A DNA stretch of 64,000 bases from an uncultured Clostridia bacterium (GTDB taxonomy: Bacteria > Bacillota > Clostridia > Oscillospirales > Acutalibacteraceae): positions 439 through 64,438 of the forward strand of contig CANPXK010000002.1 in assembly GCA_947585965.1 (NCBI GenBank). Direction: 5' to 3'. This document shows, piece by piece, positions 19,432 through 29,066 of the stretch. Within the stretch, counting starts at the first letter, position 1. Every line of letters starts with the position of its first letter. Position numbers and translations under genes: made by a program. The notes beneath the pieces are model-generated. The model saw only the letters and a list, made by a program, of their open reading frames with translations. It did no database searches and had not been told where the DNA came from.

Positions 19432-20343
19432 ATGACAGATACCGGGCGTGTGTCTGAAAGGGGAGGCAGAGTTTCCCGTTTTTTTAAAAATTTGTGGTCG
19501 GCGGTTGTGCAGATACCGAATGAGCATAAGGGATTTGGCAAGCAGACCTTTATGCTTGCCAAGGAAGACCTTATAAAGACATATAAAGGAGCAATACTCG
19601 GTCCTTTATGGGCTGTTATGAAACCGCTGTTTCAGCTTTTCGTATATTGGTTTGCCTTTACGATAGGCTTGCGTTCGGCAAACAGAATGGAAATGGGAGC
19701 ACCGTATTTTGTTTTTCTTCTTGTGGGCTTTATACCATGGTTCTTTATGAGCGATACTGTCAGCAGAGGTTCTAAATCTATTGTGACAAACAGGCAGTTC
19801 GTTACCAAAGTTTCCTTTCCTGTTTCGGTAATAATGACTTATACGACCATTTCAAAATTTTATGTGCATATTTTCCTGTTTTCGCTGAGCTATATCTACC
19901 TTCTTATTACGGGATATCAGCCGAGTATTTATGACTTGCAGCTTTTGTTCCTTGCACCGCTTATGTTTATGTTTTTCCTCGCACTTCTGTGGTCACTTGC
20001 ACCTATGAGTGCGTTCAGCAAGGATTTTTCAAGCTTTATAACTACAATCATGTCCGGTCTGTTCTGGCTTTCCGGTGTGTGCTATGATTCGTATATCCTT
20101 GACAATGAAGCAATCCGTATAGCTCTTCTGTTTAATCCGATGACCTATTTTGTCAATGCTTACAGAAAGGCAATTCTTTGCAATAAATGGATATGGGAAG
20201 CTCCGAGTTATGATGCAAGCATGAAATACGGACTCCACCCTCTGTGGGAAAATGCGATTTTCCTTGCGGAATTTGCTCTTGTTATAATTCTGGGCATTTA
20301 CAACTACAACCGTCTGAGAAAGGAATTGCCTGACGTTTTGTAA
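19432..20343 (+). CDS. ABC-2 type polysaccharide/teichoic-acid export permease (TagG/Wzm-like)
   Basis: LIKTYKGAILGPLWAVMKPL plus six TM helices is typical of TagG/KpsM/Wzm permeases. A GGAGG RBS precedes the start. No ATPase gene is adjacent. Confidence 0.8.
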   Translation: MTDTGRVSERGGRVSRFFKNLWSAVVQIPNEHKGFGKQTFMLAKEDLIKTYKGAILGPLWAVMKPLFQLFVYWFAFTIGLRSANRMEMGAPYFVFLLVGFIPWFFMSDTVSRGSKSIVTNRQFVTKVSFPVSVIMTYTTISKFYVHIFLFSLSYIYLLITGYQPSIYDLQLLFLAPLMFMFFLALLWSLAPMSAFSKDFSSFITTIMSGLFWLSGVCYDSYILDNEAIRIALLFNPMTYFVNAYRKAILCNKWIWEAPSYDASMKYGLHPLWENAIFLAEFALVIILGIYNYNRLRKELPDVL

Positions 20344-20374
20344 TATTCTCAGATAATCGGCAGGGGTGTGGGAG

Positions 20375-21574
20375 ATGGAAGAAAGCTTTTTTCAGAAACT
20401 TCAACGTGTAAAATTAAGAGATGTATGTCATATATTCAAGTTCATAATTGCTTTGCCGATAGCACTCGTGTATAGGCTTTTCCGCAGAGATTTATGGCTT
20501 ATATGCGATAATGAAAATGAGGCGAGAGACAACGGTTTTTATCTTTTCAGATATATAAGACAAAATTATCCGGAGCAGGATACGGTCTATGCAATAAAAA
20601 AACATTCCCCTGACTATATCAGAGTGAAAGACTTGGGAAAAGTCGTAAATTACGGTAGTTTGATGCATTGGATATTATATCTTACGGCAAATAAGAATAT
20701 CAGTTCGCAAAAAGGGGGAAAACCCAATGCGGCAGTGTGTTATTTTCTTGAGGTAAATAAAATTCTGAAGAATACACGAATTTTTTTGCAGCATGGTATT
20801 ATAAAGGATGATATGCCTTGGCTTTATTATGAAAATACGATGATGAGAATGTTTGTATGCAGTACGGACAGGGAATGGAAATACGTAAGCGAAAAGTACG
20901 GCTATCCGCAGGGGTACGTTAAAAAACTCGGTATTTGCAGACTGGACGGACTGCACGATGCGGAGGTAAAGGAAAATCAGATATTACTTATGCCGACATG
21001 GCGAAGCTGGATAGCGACACCGACTTCGGCATCATATGACATTGAGGATGTGTCGGATTTTACGCATACGGAATATTTCAGGGGTTGGAGCGGATTCCTC
21101 GGCAGTGAACGGCTTCATAAAATCCTTGAAGATAACAGGCTTAAGCTTGTGTTTTACCCGCATAGGGATATGCAGCTGTTCCTTAAATATTTTAATATAA
21201 CAAATAAAAATATAATCGTCGCAAAATGGCCGGAATATGATGTTCAGGAGCTTCTTAAGGAGTCGGCATATCTCATTACCGATTATTCGAGCATAGCAAT
21301 GGATTTTGCGTATATGAAAAAAAGGCTTATGTATTATCAGTTTGATTATAATGATTTCCGCAGGGGACAATACCCGGAGGGATATTTCAGTTATGAAAAA
21401 GATGGTTTCGGGAAGGTTTGCTATAAATTGGAGGATGCACTTGACGAGCTGGAGGAGGCGATCCGAGAGAGGTTTAAAAATAAGGAAGAATATCTGAAAA
21501 AGCACGATGAATTTTTCGATTTGTATGATAAAAATAATTGTGAGCGTAATTACAGAGAGATTAAGGGGTTATAA
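20375..21574 (+). CDS. CDP-glycerol glycerophosphotransferase family protein (TagB/TagF-like)
   Basis: Family signatures LLMPTWR, YPHRD and LITDYSSIAMDFAYMKKRLMYYQFD are present. The start could be GTG 20366 or ATG 20375. Confidence 0.85.
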   Translation: MEESFFQKLQRVKLRDVCHIFKFIIALPIALVYRLFRRDLWLICDNENEARDNGFYLFRYIRQNYPEQDTVYAIKKHSPDYIRVKDLGKVVNYGSLMHWILYLTANKNISSQKGGKPNAAVCYFLEVNKILKNTRIFLQHGIIKDDMPWLYYENTMMRMFVCSTDREWKYVSEKYGYPQGYVKKLGICRLDGLHDAEVKENQILLMPTWRSWIATPTSASYDIEDVSDFTHTEYFRGWSGFLGSERLHKILEDNRLKLVFYPHRDMQLFLKYFNITNKNIIVAKWPEYDVQELLKESAYLITDYSSIAMDFAYMKKRLMYYQFDYNDFRRGQYPEGYFSYEKDGFGKVCYKLEDALDELEEAIRERFKNKEEYLKKHDEFFDLYDKNNCERNYREIKGL

Positions 21575-21577
21575 TAT

Positions 21578-22588
21578 ATGTCAGAAGAAAAAATTGATTT
21601 TGTTCTGCCGTGGGTGGACGGGAACGACCCCGAGTGGCAGGCTGAAAAGGCAAAATATGATACTTCTGCAGTTATGAATAGCAGTGATACATCGGTAAGA
21701 TACCGTGATTGGGATAATTTACAGTATTGGTTCAGGGCGGTGGAAAAATTTGCACCATGGGTAAATAAAATACATTTTATTACATGGGGACATCTTCCGC
21801 CGTGGCTCAACACCGAACATCCGAAGCTCAATATTGTCAATCATCGGGATTATATTCCCGAGAAATATTTGCCTACTTTCAGTTCACATACAATAGAGTT
21901 GAATATGCACCGGATAAACGGATTGGCTGACAGGTTTGTGTACTTCAATGACGATATGTTCATTATTAAACCTGTGACACCGGAAGATTTTTTTAAAGAC
22001 GGACTTCCGTGTGATACTTTCGGACTTAATTGTATTTATTTCGGCGAAGATAGCGCAGGTCATTTTAACGGTTCTGATATGGAAGTGATAAATACTGAAT
22101 TTGCTTCCCGAAAAAGGCAGATAATGAAAAGAGATTTAGGTAAATGGTTCAGCTTGAAAAACGGATTTCGTATAAATCTGAAAACGGCAATGCTAAGCTT
22201 CTGGGAGTGGTTCCCGGGATTTCATTATAACCATTTACCGTCCGGATTTTTGAAAAGTACATTAAATGATGTATGGGATAAATATTATGCTGTTCTTGAT
22301 AAAACCAGCCTTGACAAATTCAGAAAAGAATATAATGTAAATCAGTGGTTATTCAAATACTGGCAGTTTTGTGAGGGAAAATATTCCGTGCGATCACCCA
22401 AAACAGGAGAATGTTTTCATATCAAGGAAAGTAATTTTGCAAAAGCCTGCGATGCCATTTTAAAACAAGAATATTTGATGATATGTATAAATGACACATC
22501 ACGCACGGAAAATTTCAATGAAAAAAAGCTTATGATACAGGACTGCTTTAATAAAATTCTTCCTGAAAAATCCGAGTTTGAACGTTGA
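21578..22588 (+). CDS. Stealth family sugar-1-phosphate (hexose-phosphoryl) transferase
   Basis: Stealth conserved regions are present: IDFVLPWVDGNDPEW (CR1) and FAPWVNKIHFITWGHLPPWL...LPTFSSHTIELNMHRINGLADRFVYFNDDMFI (CR2). Confidence 0.85.
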   Translation: MSEEKIDFVLPWVDGNDPEWQAEKAKYDTSAVMNSSDTSVRYRDWDNLQYWFRAVEKFAPWVNKIHFITWGHLPPWLNTEHPKLNIVNHRDYIPEKYLPTFSSHTIELNMHRINGLADRFVYFNDDMFIIKPVTPEDFFKDGLPCDTFGLNCIYFGEDSAGHFNGSDMEVINTEFASRKRQIMKRDLGKWFSLKNGFRINLKTAMLSFWEWFPGFHYNHLPSGFLKSTLNDVWDKYYAVLDKTSLDKFRKEYNVNQWLFKYWQFCEGKYSVRSPKTGECFHIKESNFAKACDAILKQEYLMICINDTSRTENFNEKKLMIQDCFNKILPEKSEFER

Positions 22589-22603
22589 AGGTGGTGATGG
22601 GGG

Positions 22604-23127
22604 AATATAACAAGGTGGCTGCTTGCAATAGTATTGGGAGTTATATGTGCACAATATGATGTTTTTGCAAGATCAAAGGCATTTATGATAACTAAAAACA
22701 AGATTATAAGTAAGCTTATCAAGTTTGTATTTTTAACATCTGTTTTGGTGCTTCTGTTTTACGCAAAAGTAAAGCTCACTTGAGGAATCGGTTCGGACTA
22801 TACTTGTGAACTGAATGGGAATGTTATTCCGCCTTTGTCTGCTGCTATTGTTATGTATTTATTTCCGATATTCCTCTGATAAGTAATATACTGATGTTCA
22901 CAGGAAAACATTCAATGGATATCTCCTTGTTCCATACATTTATAAGAAATTATTTGTTCTGTTAATTTACTTATCCGTTCCGCCATTTTGCATTAATTAC
23001 CTTTGTTTTACCGGCTGTATCTTTGGCAGTTTCAGTGGTTTTGGAATTGATAAAAAAATACCTCGGATATAATAAACTTGTAGCTTATCTCGGTAAGAAG
23101 ATAAACAATAAAACGTTGACGGAGTGA
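22604..23127 (+). pseudogene. Remnant of an acyltransferase-3 (OatA/WecH-like) O-acyltransferase gene. Only the C-terminal half remains, broken into at least 4 frame fragments.
   Basis: Hand translation gives four consecutive hydrophobic fragments in different frames: NITRWLLAIVLGVICAQYDVF...LVLLFYAKVKLT*, GSDYTCELNGNVIPPLSAAIVMYLFPIFL*, ILMFTGKHSMDISLFHTFIRNYLFC*, FTYPFRHFALITFVLPAVSLAVSVVLELIKKYLGY...*. 'GKHSMDISLFH' resembles the conserved AT3 C-terminal motif. There is no start codon or RBS. Confidence 0.5.
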
Positions 23128-23186
23128 CAAGGGAAAGCTGTAATAAATCTGACAGGTGTATTTTAATAAAGAAAGGATCTAATGAA

Positions 23187-25862
23187 ATGAATGTGGAAAA
23201 CAAACCTTTTTTCAGTACTGTAATTTATATGTCAAACGATTGTGCGGAAGATACGCTTGACAGTATATTTAAACAAAGTGATATTCTTCAATCCGATATA
23301 CAGATTATTCTTGTACGCAGTGAAAGAGAGGATTATGAGGATTATATTTCCGGACTGAAAAAAGAAAATAAGAATGTAGATGTATGCACCGGGATATTTA
23401 AAACACAGGCTTCTGCTTATGCCGAAGCCATAAAACTTGTTAAGGGAAAATACGTTTGTTTTCCGGAATGCGGAGGATCCTATACAGAATATACATTTGC
23501 CTATATGAAGGCAGTATTTGAAGTGAGAAATATATGTCTTGCAACGGTTATGCCTGATCCTTCAACAGATAAAAATTTTTCGGAAATAATCAGGGCGATG
23601 AAAAATAAGCCGAATAATTGCGATTTGAATGAAAAATATTCTTTTCCCCTGGTTTTTCTTTCGGGTTGTTTTATAAGTACGAAGCTTGCATTTGATATAA
23701 ATACAAAGCTTGATATCAAATCCGTTTTTGAATGTGATATGCTGCTCAGGCTTGCCGGTCAGACACAGACGATCAGTGTATTCAAAGACAAAGCCGCAGG
23801 CTTCAGACCTTGGATAAGAAATTCACCTGTATTCGGTTTCTTTGAGGATTTCAGGGATTCAAAGGAAAAGCTTGAATTGTTTTTTGATGAATTCATAACC
23901 GCTAATGCAAAACGATTTTTGGATGAATTCGGCTGCATACCGAGGTTTGTCCAGTATAATTTAATGATTTTTCTTAAATGGAGTTTTACCGCCCCGTCTG
24001 CGGAAAAGATTTTCGCACCTCTGATGTCAATTGAGGAATATGAGAAGTATCTTAAGGAGCTTTTGGCAAATATTGATGATAATATTATAAATAACTGCGG
24101 ATTGCAGCTTGCATATAAACTGCTTATCTTCAGAATAAAGCATGACGGGAAAATAAGATTTGTACGGAGATCCTTTACTAAAAGACTTTATTTTAAAAAT
24201 GTAAAGGTTTGCGAATTATCAACAAATACAATCAATATAGACTTTGTTGAGCTGGAGAAAGACAAAGTGACGTTCCGCGGAAGAATAAAATTTGCCGGAT
24301 GTAAGAAAGACGAATTTGCATTGTATGCAATTGTTGATCAACAGGAAAAGATTAAAGCAGTGGATACGGGACATAGTTATGATACTTTTGTGTGGGGAAG
24401 AAACGAATATCCCGGCATGAGTTTTGAAATTGAGATAGATCTTGAGGGAAGAAATGAATGTAAGATTGAATTTTTCTGCATTCATAAGGGAGATATAATC
24501 AAAAAAAGCAATATAAGTTTCGGTAAATTTTCTCCTGTTTGTTCGGTTGTTCCCGACTGCTATTATTATAATGATAAGAGAATGATGAAATATTCACCCG
24601 CCGACAGTTCCGTTATTATCAGTAAGGCTTCGTTTTTTGACAGGGTAAAATGTGAGCTTAAATATCTGAAAACATTGTCACGTATAGATAATGATTATGC
24701 AAGGCACGCATATTATGCAAGGATATTGTATCATATAATAAAACCGTTTTATAAAAAGGATATATGGCTTATTTCCGACAGAACAAATAAAGCCGATGAT
24801 AACGGTGAAGCATTTTTTAAATATATGCAGAAGGTCAATAATAAAAGGCTGAAATGTTATTTTGTTATTGACAAAAACTCCGAGGACGGCAAAAGAATGG
24901 CGAAAATCGGAAAGGTTATATCTACAAATTCCAAAAAACACAAGATATACCATCTGCTGAGCTCATATATAATATCATCACAGGCGAATAATCCGGTGGT
25001 TAATCCTTTTCTCAGGGGTAATATTTACTACAGGGATATATTGTGCGAAAGACGTTTTGCATTCCTGCAGCACGGCGTTATCAAGGATGATCTGTCCTCG
25101 TGGCTTAATCTTTACAACAGGAATATTTTCGGATTTGTTGTTACAACAAATCCGGAATATCAGTCTATTCTTGACTATGAGTATTTCTATAAGCCTGAAA
25201 ATGTATGGCTTACAGGTCTGCCGAGACATGATTTTCTTTATCATGATGAAAAGAAATATATCACAGTTATGCCCACATGGAGAAAATCTCTTATGAAATA
25301 TCCCGATCCTGTTACGGGTATATGGATAATAAGGGATGACTATAAGGAAAGCAAGTATTATAAATTTTATAATTCGCTTTTCAATAATAAACGACTTCGT
25401 GAGGCAGCAAAGAAATACGGATATAAAATCTGCTGCAAGCCTCATCCGATAATTGAGCCGTATCTTGATTTGTTTGATAAGAATGACGATGTTATTTTCT
25501 TTGACGCGGAAAAATCCTATCGTGAAATTTTTGCCGAAAGCGACCTTATGCTGACGGACTATTCCTCCGTTGCATTTGATTTCGCATACCTGAGAAAGCC
25601 TATAATATATACTCAGTTTGACAAGGAGGCATTTTTCAGCGGAGAACATTCATATACTGCGGGATATTATGATTATGAGCGTGACGGTTTCGGTGAAGTT
25701 GTGTATGATATAGAGTCGACTGTTGATCTTATAATAGATTATATGAAAAATGACTGTAAAATCAAGGATAAGTATCTCAAAAGAATAAACGATACATTTG
25801 CTTTCAGTGATAAAAATTGCAGTGAGAGAGTATACAAAAAGCTTATTCAGGGTAATAAATAG
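23187..25862 (+). CDS. Bifunctional-looking protein: N-terminal GT-A-like domain fused to a C-terminal CDP-glycerol glycerophosphotransferase (TagF-like) domain
   Basis: C-terminal motifs VMPTWRKS, CKPHP and LMLTDYSSVAFDFAYLRKPIIYTQFD are present. The N-terminus begins FFSTVIYMSNDCAEDTLDSIFKQ. The ATG at 23187 follows AAAGGA. Confidence 0.8.
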   Translation: MNVENKPFFSTVIYMSNDCAEDTLDSIFKQSDILQSDIQIILVRSEREDYEDYISGLKKENKNVDVCTGIFKTQASAYAEAIKLVKGKYVCFPECGGSYTEYTFAYMKAVFEVRNICLATVMPDPSTDKNFSEIIRAMKNKPNNCDLNEKYSFPLVFLSGCFISTKLAFDINTKLDIKSVFECDMLLRLAGQTQTISVFKDKAAGFRPWIRNSPVFGFFEDFRDSKEKLELFFDEFITANAKRFLDEFGCIPRFVQYNLMIFLKWSFTAPSAEKIFAPLMSIEEYEKYLKELLANIDDNIINNCGLQLAYKLLIFRIKHDGKIRFVRRSFTKRLYFKNVKVCELSTNTINIDFVELEKDKVTFRGRIKFAGCKKDEFALYAIVDQQEKIKAVDTGHSYDTFVWGRNEYPGMSFEIEIDLEGRNECKIEFFCIHKGDIIKKSNISFGKFSPVCSVVPDCYYYNDKRMMKYSPADSSVIISKASFFDRVKCELKYLKTLSRIDNDYARHAYYARILYHIIKPFYKKDIWLISDRTNKADDNGEAFFKYMQKVNNKRLKCYFVIDKNSEDGKRMAKIGKVISTNSKKHKIYHLLSSYIISSQANNPVVNPFLRGNIYYRDILCERRFAFLQHGVIKDDLSSWLNLYNRNIFGFVVTTNPEYQSILDYEYFYKPENVWLTGLPRHDFLYHDEKKYITVMPTWRKSLMKYPDPVTGIWIIRDDYKESKYYKFYNSLFNNKRLREAAKKYGYKICCKPHPIIEPYLDLFDKNDDVIFFDAEKSYREIFAESDLMLTDYSSVAFDFAYLRKPIIYTQFDKEAFFSGEHSYTAGYYDYERDGFGEVVYDIESTVDLIIDYMKNDCKIKDKYLKRINDTFAFSDKNCSERVYKKLIQGNK

Positions 25863-25865
25863 TAT

Positions 25866-25923
25866 AAACAGCCGGAATATGATGTTCTGCACAATATGCA
25901 GTGTCATATTTCAGGCTGTTTTT
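25866..25923 (+). terminator. Putative terminator separating the polymerase genes from the MBOAT operon
   Basis: AAACAGCC pairs with GGCTGTTT (8 bp) around a structured loop (CTGCA/TGCAG). Ts follow. Confidence 0.5.
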
Positions 25924-26024
25924 GCCGCTTTGTATTAATGATATATGTAAATCAATATATTCAGAAATATTTTTGTGCAAATCACCGTTTTACAAAACTG
26001 TAATAAAAAATCGTTTAAAATTCC

Positions 26025-26053
26025 TTGATATTATTCTTTTAGTGGAGTAAAAT
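26025..26053 (+). promoter_or_regulatory. Putative promoter of the MBOAT-DHHW-FkbH-ACP operon
   Basis: TTGATA (26025-26030), a 17-nt spacer, then TAAAAT (26048-26053). Confidence 0.45.
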
Positions 26054-26096
26054 AAATCTATATAAAAGGGATCTTGTAGAATTATGGAGAAATAAA

Positions 26097-27518
26097 ATGG
26101 TATTTTCGTCTTTGTTTTTTTTGTATGTTTTTTTGCCGATTTGTCTGTTTTGCTACTACATTTGCAAAACAATTGAACAAAAAAATATTGTACTTATAGC
26201 GGCATCACTTATTTTTTACGCATGGGGAGAACCTGTGTGGGTAAGTCTTCTGGTTATCAGCGCATTTGTAAACTGGTTTGCGTCAAGGCTTATCGGTTAT
26301 TTAAAAAAAGAACCGAAAAAAAAGCTTGTCGCCGCCGCTGCGATAGTATTTGACCTCGCACTGCTTATTGTGTTCAAATACAGCGGCTTTATTGTTGAAA
26401 ATATAAATGCCGTGACCGGACTGGGAATTCCTGTTCCGGAGATAGTTATGCCTATAGGAATAAGCTTCTTTACGTTTCAGGCAATATCTTATATTATGGA
26501 TTGTTTGTGGGGAACTGTAAAACCTCAAAAAAAATATATTAACTTTCTTCTGTATTTGTCACTTTTCCCACAGCTTGTTGCCGGACCTATTGTAAGATAC
26601 AGTGTTATTGATGAGGAGATAACAAACAGAAAAATCAGAGCTGTTGATATCAGTGAGGGTGCTAAAAGAGCTATTCTCGGTATTGCTAAAAAAGTTATAA
26701 TTGCAAATAACCTCTATGCTGTTGTTGAACAGTTCTTCGGAACGGATATAACAAACCTTTCATTTTGCGGAACATGGTATACCGTAATTCTTTATTCGCT
26801 GTATGTGTATTTTGATTTCAGCGGATATTCGGATATAGCTATAGGTCTGGGAAGAATGTTTGGTTTCCATTTCAATGAAAACTTTAATTATCCGTTCATA
26901 TGTAAAACAATAAGTGAATTCTGGCAGAGATGGCATATTTCTTTAAGCTCTTTCTTCAGGGATTATCTGTTCTATGTTCCCATTTTCGGCAAACCGAGAA
27001 AATATTTTAATCTGTTTCTTGTGTGGTTCTGCACGGGTATGTGGCATGGCGCTTCATGGAATTTTATTTTCTGGGGTCTGTATTTCGGGTTATTTATCTT
27101 TATTGAGACAAAAATAGGAAAGAAAAGGCTTAAAAAATGGAATAAGGTCTGGACACATATATACAGTAAAATTATTATTGTCATAGGCTTTGGTATATTC
27201 TATTTTACCGATCTCGGTCAGCTCGGAAGATTCTTTATGAATATCTCCGGTTTGAGTATGATAACTAATGGCAACGAATTTTCTGATATCTTGACAAGAG
27301 ATTCTCTGATTAATAATCTTTTCCTGATTATTTTTGCAATAATTGTATCAATGCCGATTCTTGAAAAGGTCAAATATTTCTTCTATAAATGGGGAAACAA
27401 TACAGTATATGCGGCAGGACAGTTAGGCGGAACGCTTATTTGCTGTGCATTGCTGATAATATCGAGTATATTGCTTGTGGATAATACAAATAATCCGTTT
27501 TTGTATTTCCGCTTCTGA
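26097..27518 (+). CDS. MBOAT family membrane-bound O-acyltransferase (AlgI/DltB/PatA-like)
   Basis: The protein is multi-TM. The conserved His regions FWQRWHISLSSFFRDYLFY and GMWHGASWNFIFWG are present. A GGAGAA RBS precedes the start. Confidence 0.9.
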   Translation: MVFSSLFFLYVFLPICLFCYYICKTIEQKNIVLIAASLIFYAWGEPVWVSLLVISAFVNWFASRLIGYLKKEPKKKLVAAAAIVFDLALLIVFKYSGFIVENINAVTGLGIPVPEIVMPIGISFFTFQAISYIMDCLWGTVKPQKKYINFLLYLSLFPQLVAGPIVRYSVIDEEITNRKIRAVDISEGAKRAILGIAKKVIIANNLYAVVEQFFGTDITNLSFCGTWYTVILYSLYVYFDFSGYSDIAIGLGRMFGFHFNENFNYPFICKTISEFWQRWHISLSSFFRDYLFYVPIFGKPRKYFNLFLVWFCTGMWHGASWNFIFWGLYFGLFIFIETKIGKKRLKKWNKVWTHIYSKIIIVIGFGIFYFTDLGQLGRFFMNISGLSMITNGNEFSDILTRDSLINNLFLIIFAIIVSMPILEKVKYFFYKWGNNTVYAAGQLGGTLICCALLIISSILLVDNTNNPFLYFRF

Positions 27519-27533
27519 TAAGAGGAGTTGCAA

Positions 27534-29027
27534 ATGGAGAATAAAGAAGTTCAGTCCGTTAAAAAGCGAAAAAGAAAAAAAGGGCTTAATAATATTCCGC
27601 GAAAAGGCGTTGAGCGTGGCTTTGCGATAATATCGCTTATGATAATTGTGCCGATTTTTTTTGTTGCGGCTTTGCTTATGGTGATATTGCCCCGTCCTGA
27701 GGTATCGGAAATTGAAAAACGAAAGCTTGCCGGGATGCCTGAATTTACATTTGATTCATATTTTTCGGGAGAGTATACCGCCGGTCTTACGGAACACTAT
27801 GATGATACTGTCCCCTATCGAGATGATTTAAAAAATGTGGGATATAGTTTCAAATCACTGTTCGGAATACATACCGAAGATGAGGTTAAGGTTGTGGGTA
27901 AGCCATCGGTCATAAAGCCGGTCGGGGATAATAAGGATGGGCAGTCCGAAGCATCAGAGCCGGATGCCGCAGAAAATTCAAAAACCGAATCTCAACAGTC
28001 AGGCGAGAACCCGGGAACGGAAAGTCAACCCGAACATAGCAGGGAGGAATCATCTCAGGAGACATCTCAGGAATCCTCTGAGGATGAAGAGGTCACCGTG
28101 GAAAACGGAATAATTGTTGTCAAGAACAACGGTCATTATCGTGCCCTTGAGCTTTTCGGCGGGGGAAGCGGAAGTACGTATGCTGAGGCACTTAACAATT
28201 TCCACAAGGATCTCGGTGACAGCGTTAAAATTTATTCGATGGTAGCACCTCTTGCAAGCGAATATTATACACCGGCCAGCTATTCTGATTTTAATGCCAG
28301 CCAGAAAGACAGCATAAAGAGTATTGAGAGCAAACTTGATAAGGATATAGTATCAATAGATATTACGGATGTTCTGGGAGAGCATAAGGATGAGGAGATA
28401 TATTTCCGAACCGATCATCACTGGACGCCACTCGGAGCGTATTATGCGGCAGAGACTTTTGCGAAGGCTGCGGGGCTTAGTTTCAAGGATCTGAGTACCT
28501 ATAAAAAGAATGATATGGAAGGCTTTGTAGGTACGATGTATGGTTTTACCGAGGATGCAAACCTTAATAATGATCCGGAGGTATTTTCTTATTATACACC
28601 CGGAAATATCGACAAATGCATGACATATTATTACACGACCGATTTTGAATATACCGGAAAGGGAAGATTCTTTAACGGTGTCGGTGATGTAAGAAGTGCA
28701 TATCTTACCTTTATGGGCGGAGATGAACAGGTTGTAAAGGTAAAGACAGACGTTAAGAACGGCAAAAAGCTTCTTATTGTCAAGGACAGCTACGGTAATG
28801 CTATACCCGGATATCTGTTTGGCTCCTATGAGGAAATATATGTTGTTGATATGAGGTATTTCGGTCTTAATCTTGTCGATTTTGTAAAGCAGAATAACGT
28901 TACGGATATGCTTTTCACTATGGTATCGTATTCGGCAGTCGGAGATAATGCAGATAATCTTGAAAATCTCAGAACTCAGGCTAAGGGCAGAAAAATCGTA
29001 GACGAAGGTCTTAAGGACGAGGACTGA
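27534..29027 (+). CDS. DHHW family protein (extracytoplasmic AlgJ/AlgX/DltD-like acyl-transfer partner), membrane anchored
   Basis: An N-terminal signal-anchor helix and an acidic Ser/Glu-rich linker lead to FRTDHHWTPLGAYYA (the DHHW motif). A GAGGAG RBS precedes the ATG at 27534. Confidence 0.8.
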   Translation: MENKEVQSVKKRKRKKGLNNIPRKGVERGFAIISLMIIVPIFFVAALLMVILPRPEVSEIEKRKLAGMPEFTFDSYFSGEYTAGLTEHYDDTVPYRDDLKNVGYSFKSLFGIHTEDEVKVVGKPSVIKPVGDNKDGQSEASEPDAAENSKTESQQSGENPGTESQPEHSREESSQETSQESSEDEEVTVENGIIVVKNNGHYRALELFGGGSGSTYAEALNNFHKDLGDSVKIYSMVAPLASEYYTPASYSDFNASQKDSIKSIESKLDKDIVSIDITDVLGEHKDEEIYFRTDHHWTPLGAYYAAETFAKAAGLSFKDLSTYKKNDMEGFVGTMYGFTEDANLNNDPEVFSYYTPGNIDKCMTYYYTTDFEYTGKGRFFNGVGDVRSAYLTFMGGDEQVVKVKTDVKNGKKLLIVKDSYGNAIPGYLFGSYEEIYVVDMRYFGLNLVDFVKQNNVTDMLFTMVSYSAVGDNADNLENLRTQAKGRKIVDEGLKDED

Positions 29028-29066
29028 TGAGTTTATTATAAAATAATTCTTGTACGGGGAGGATAT

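Noticed and set aside
24978-25649. A 223-aa minus-strand ORF opposite the GT-A::TagF gene
   Set aside because: It is an AT-rich shadow ORF. The sense strand carries the TagF signature motifs.
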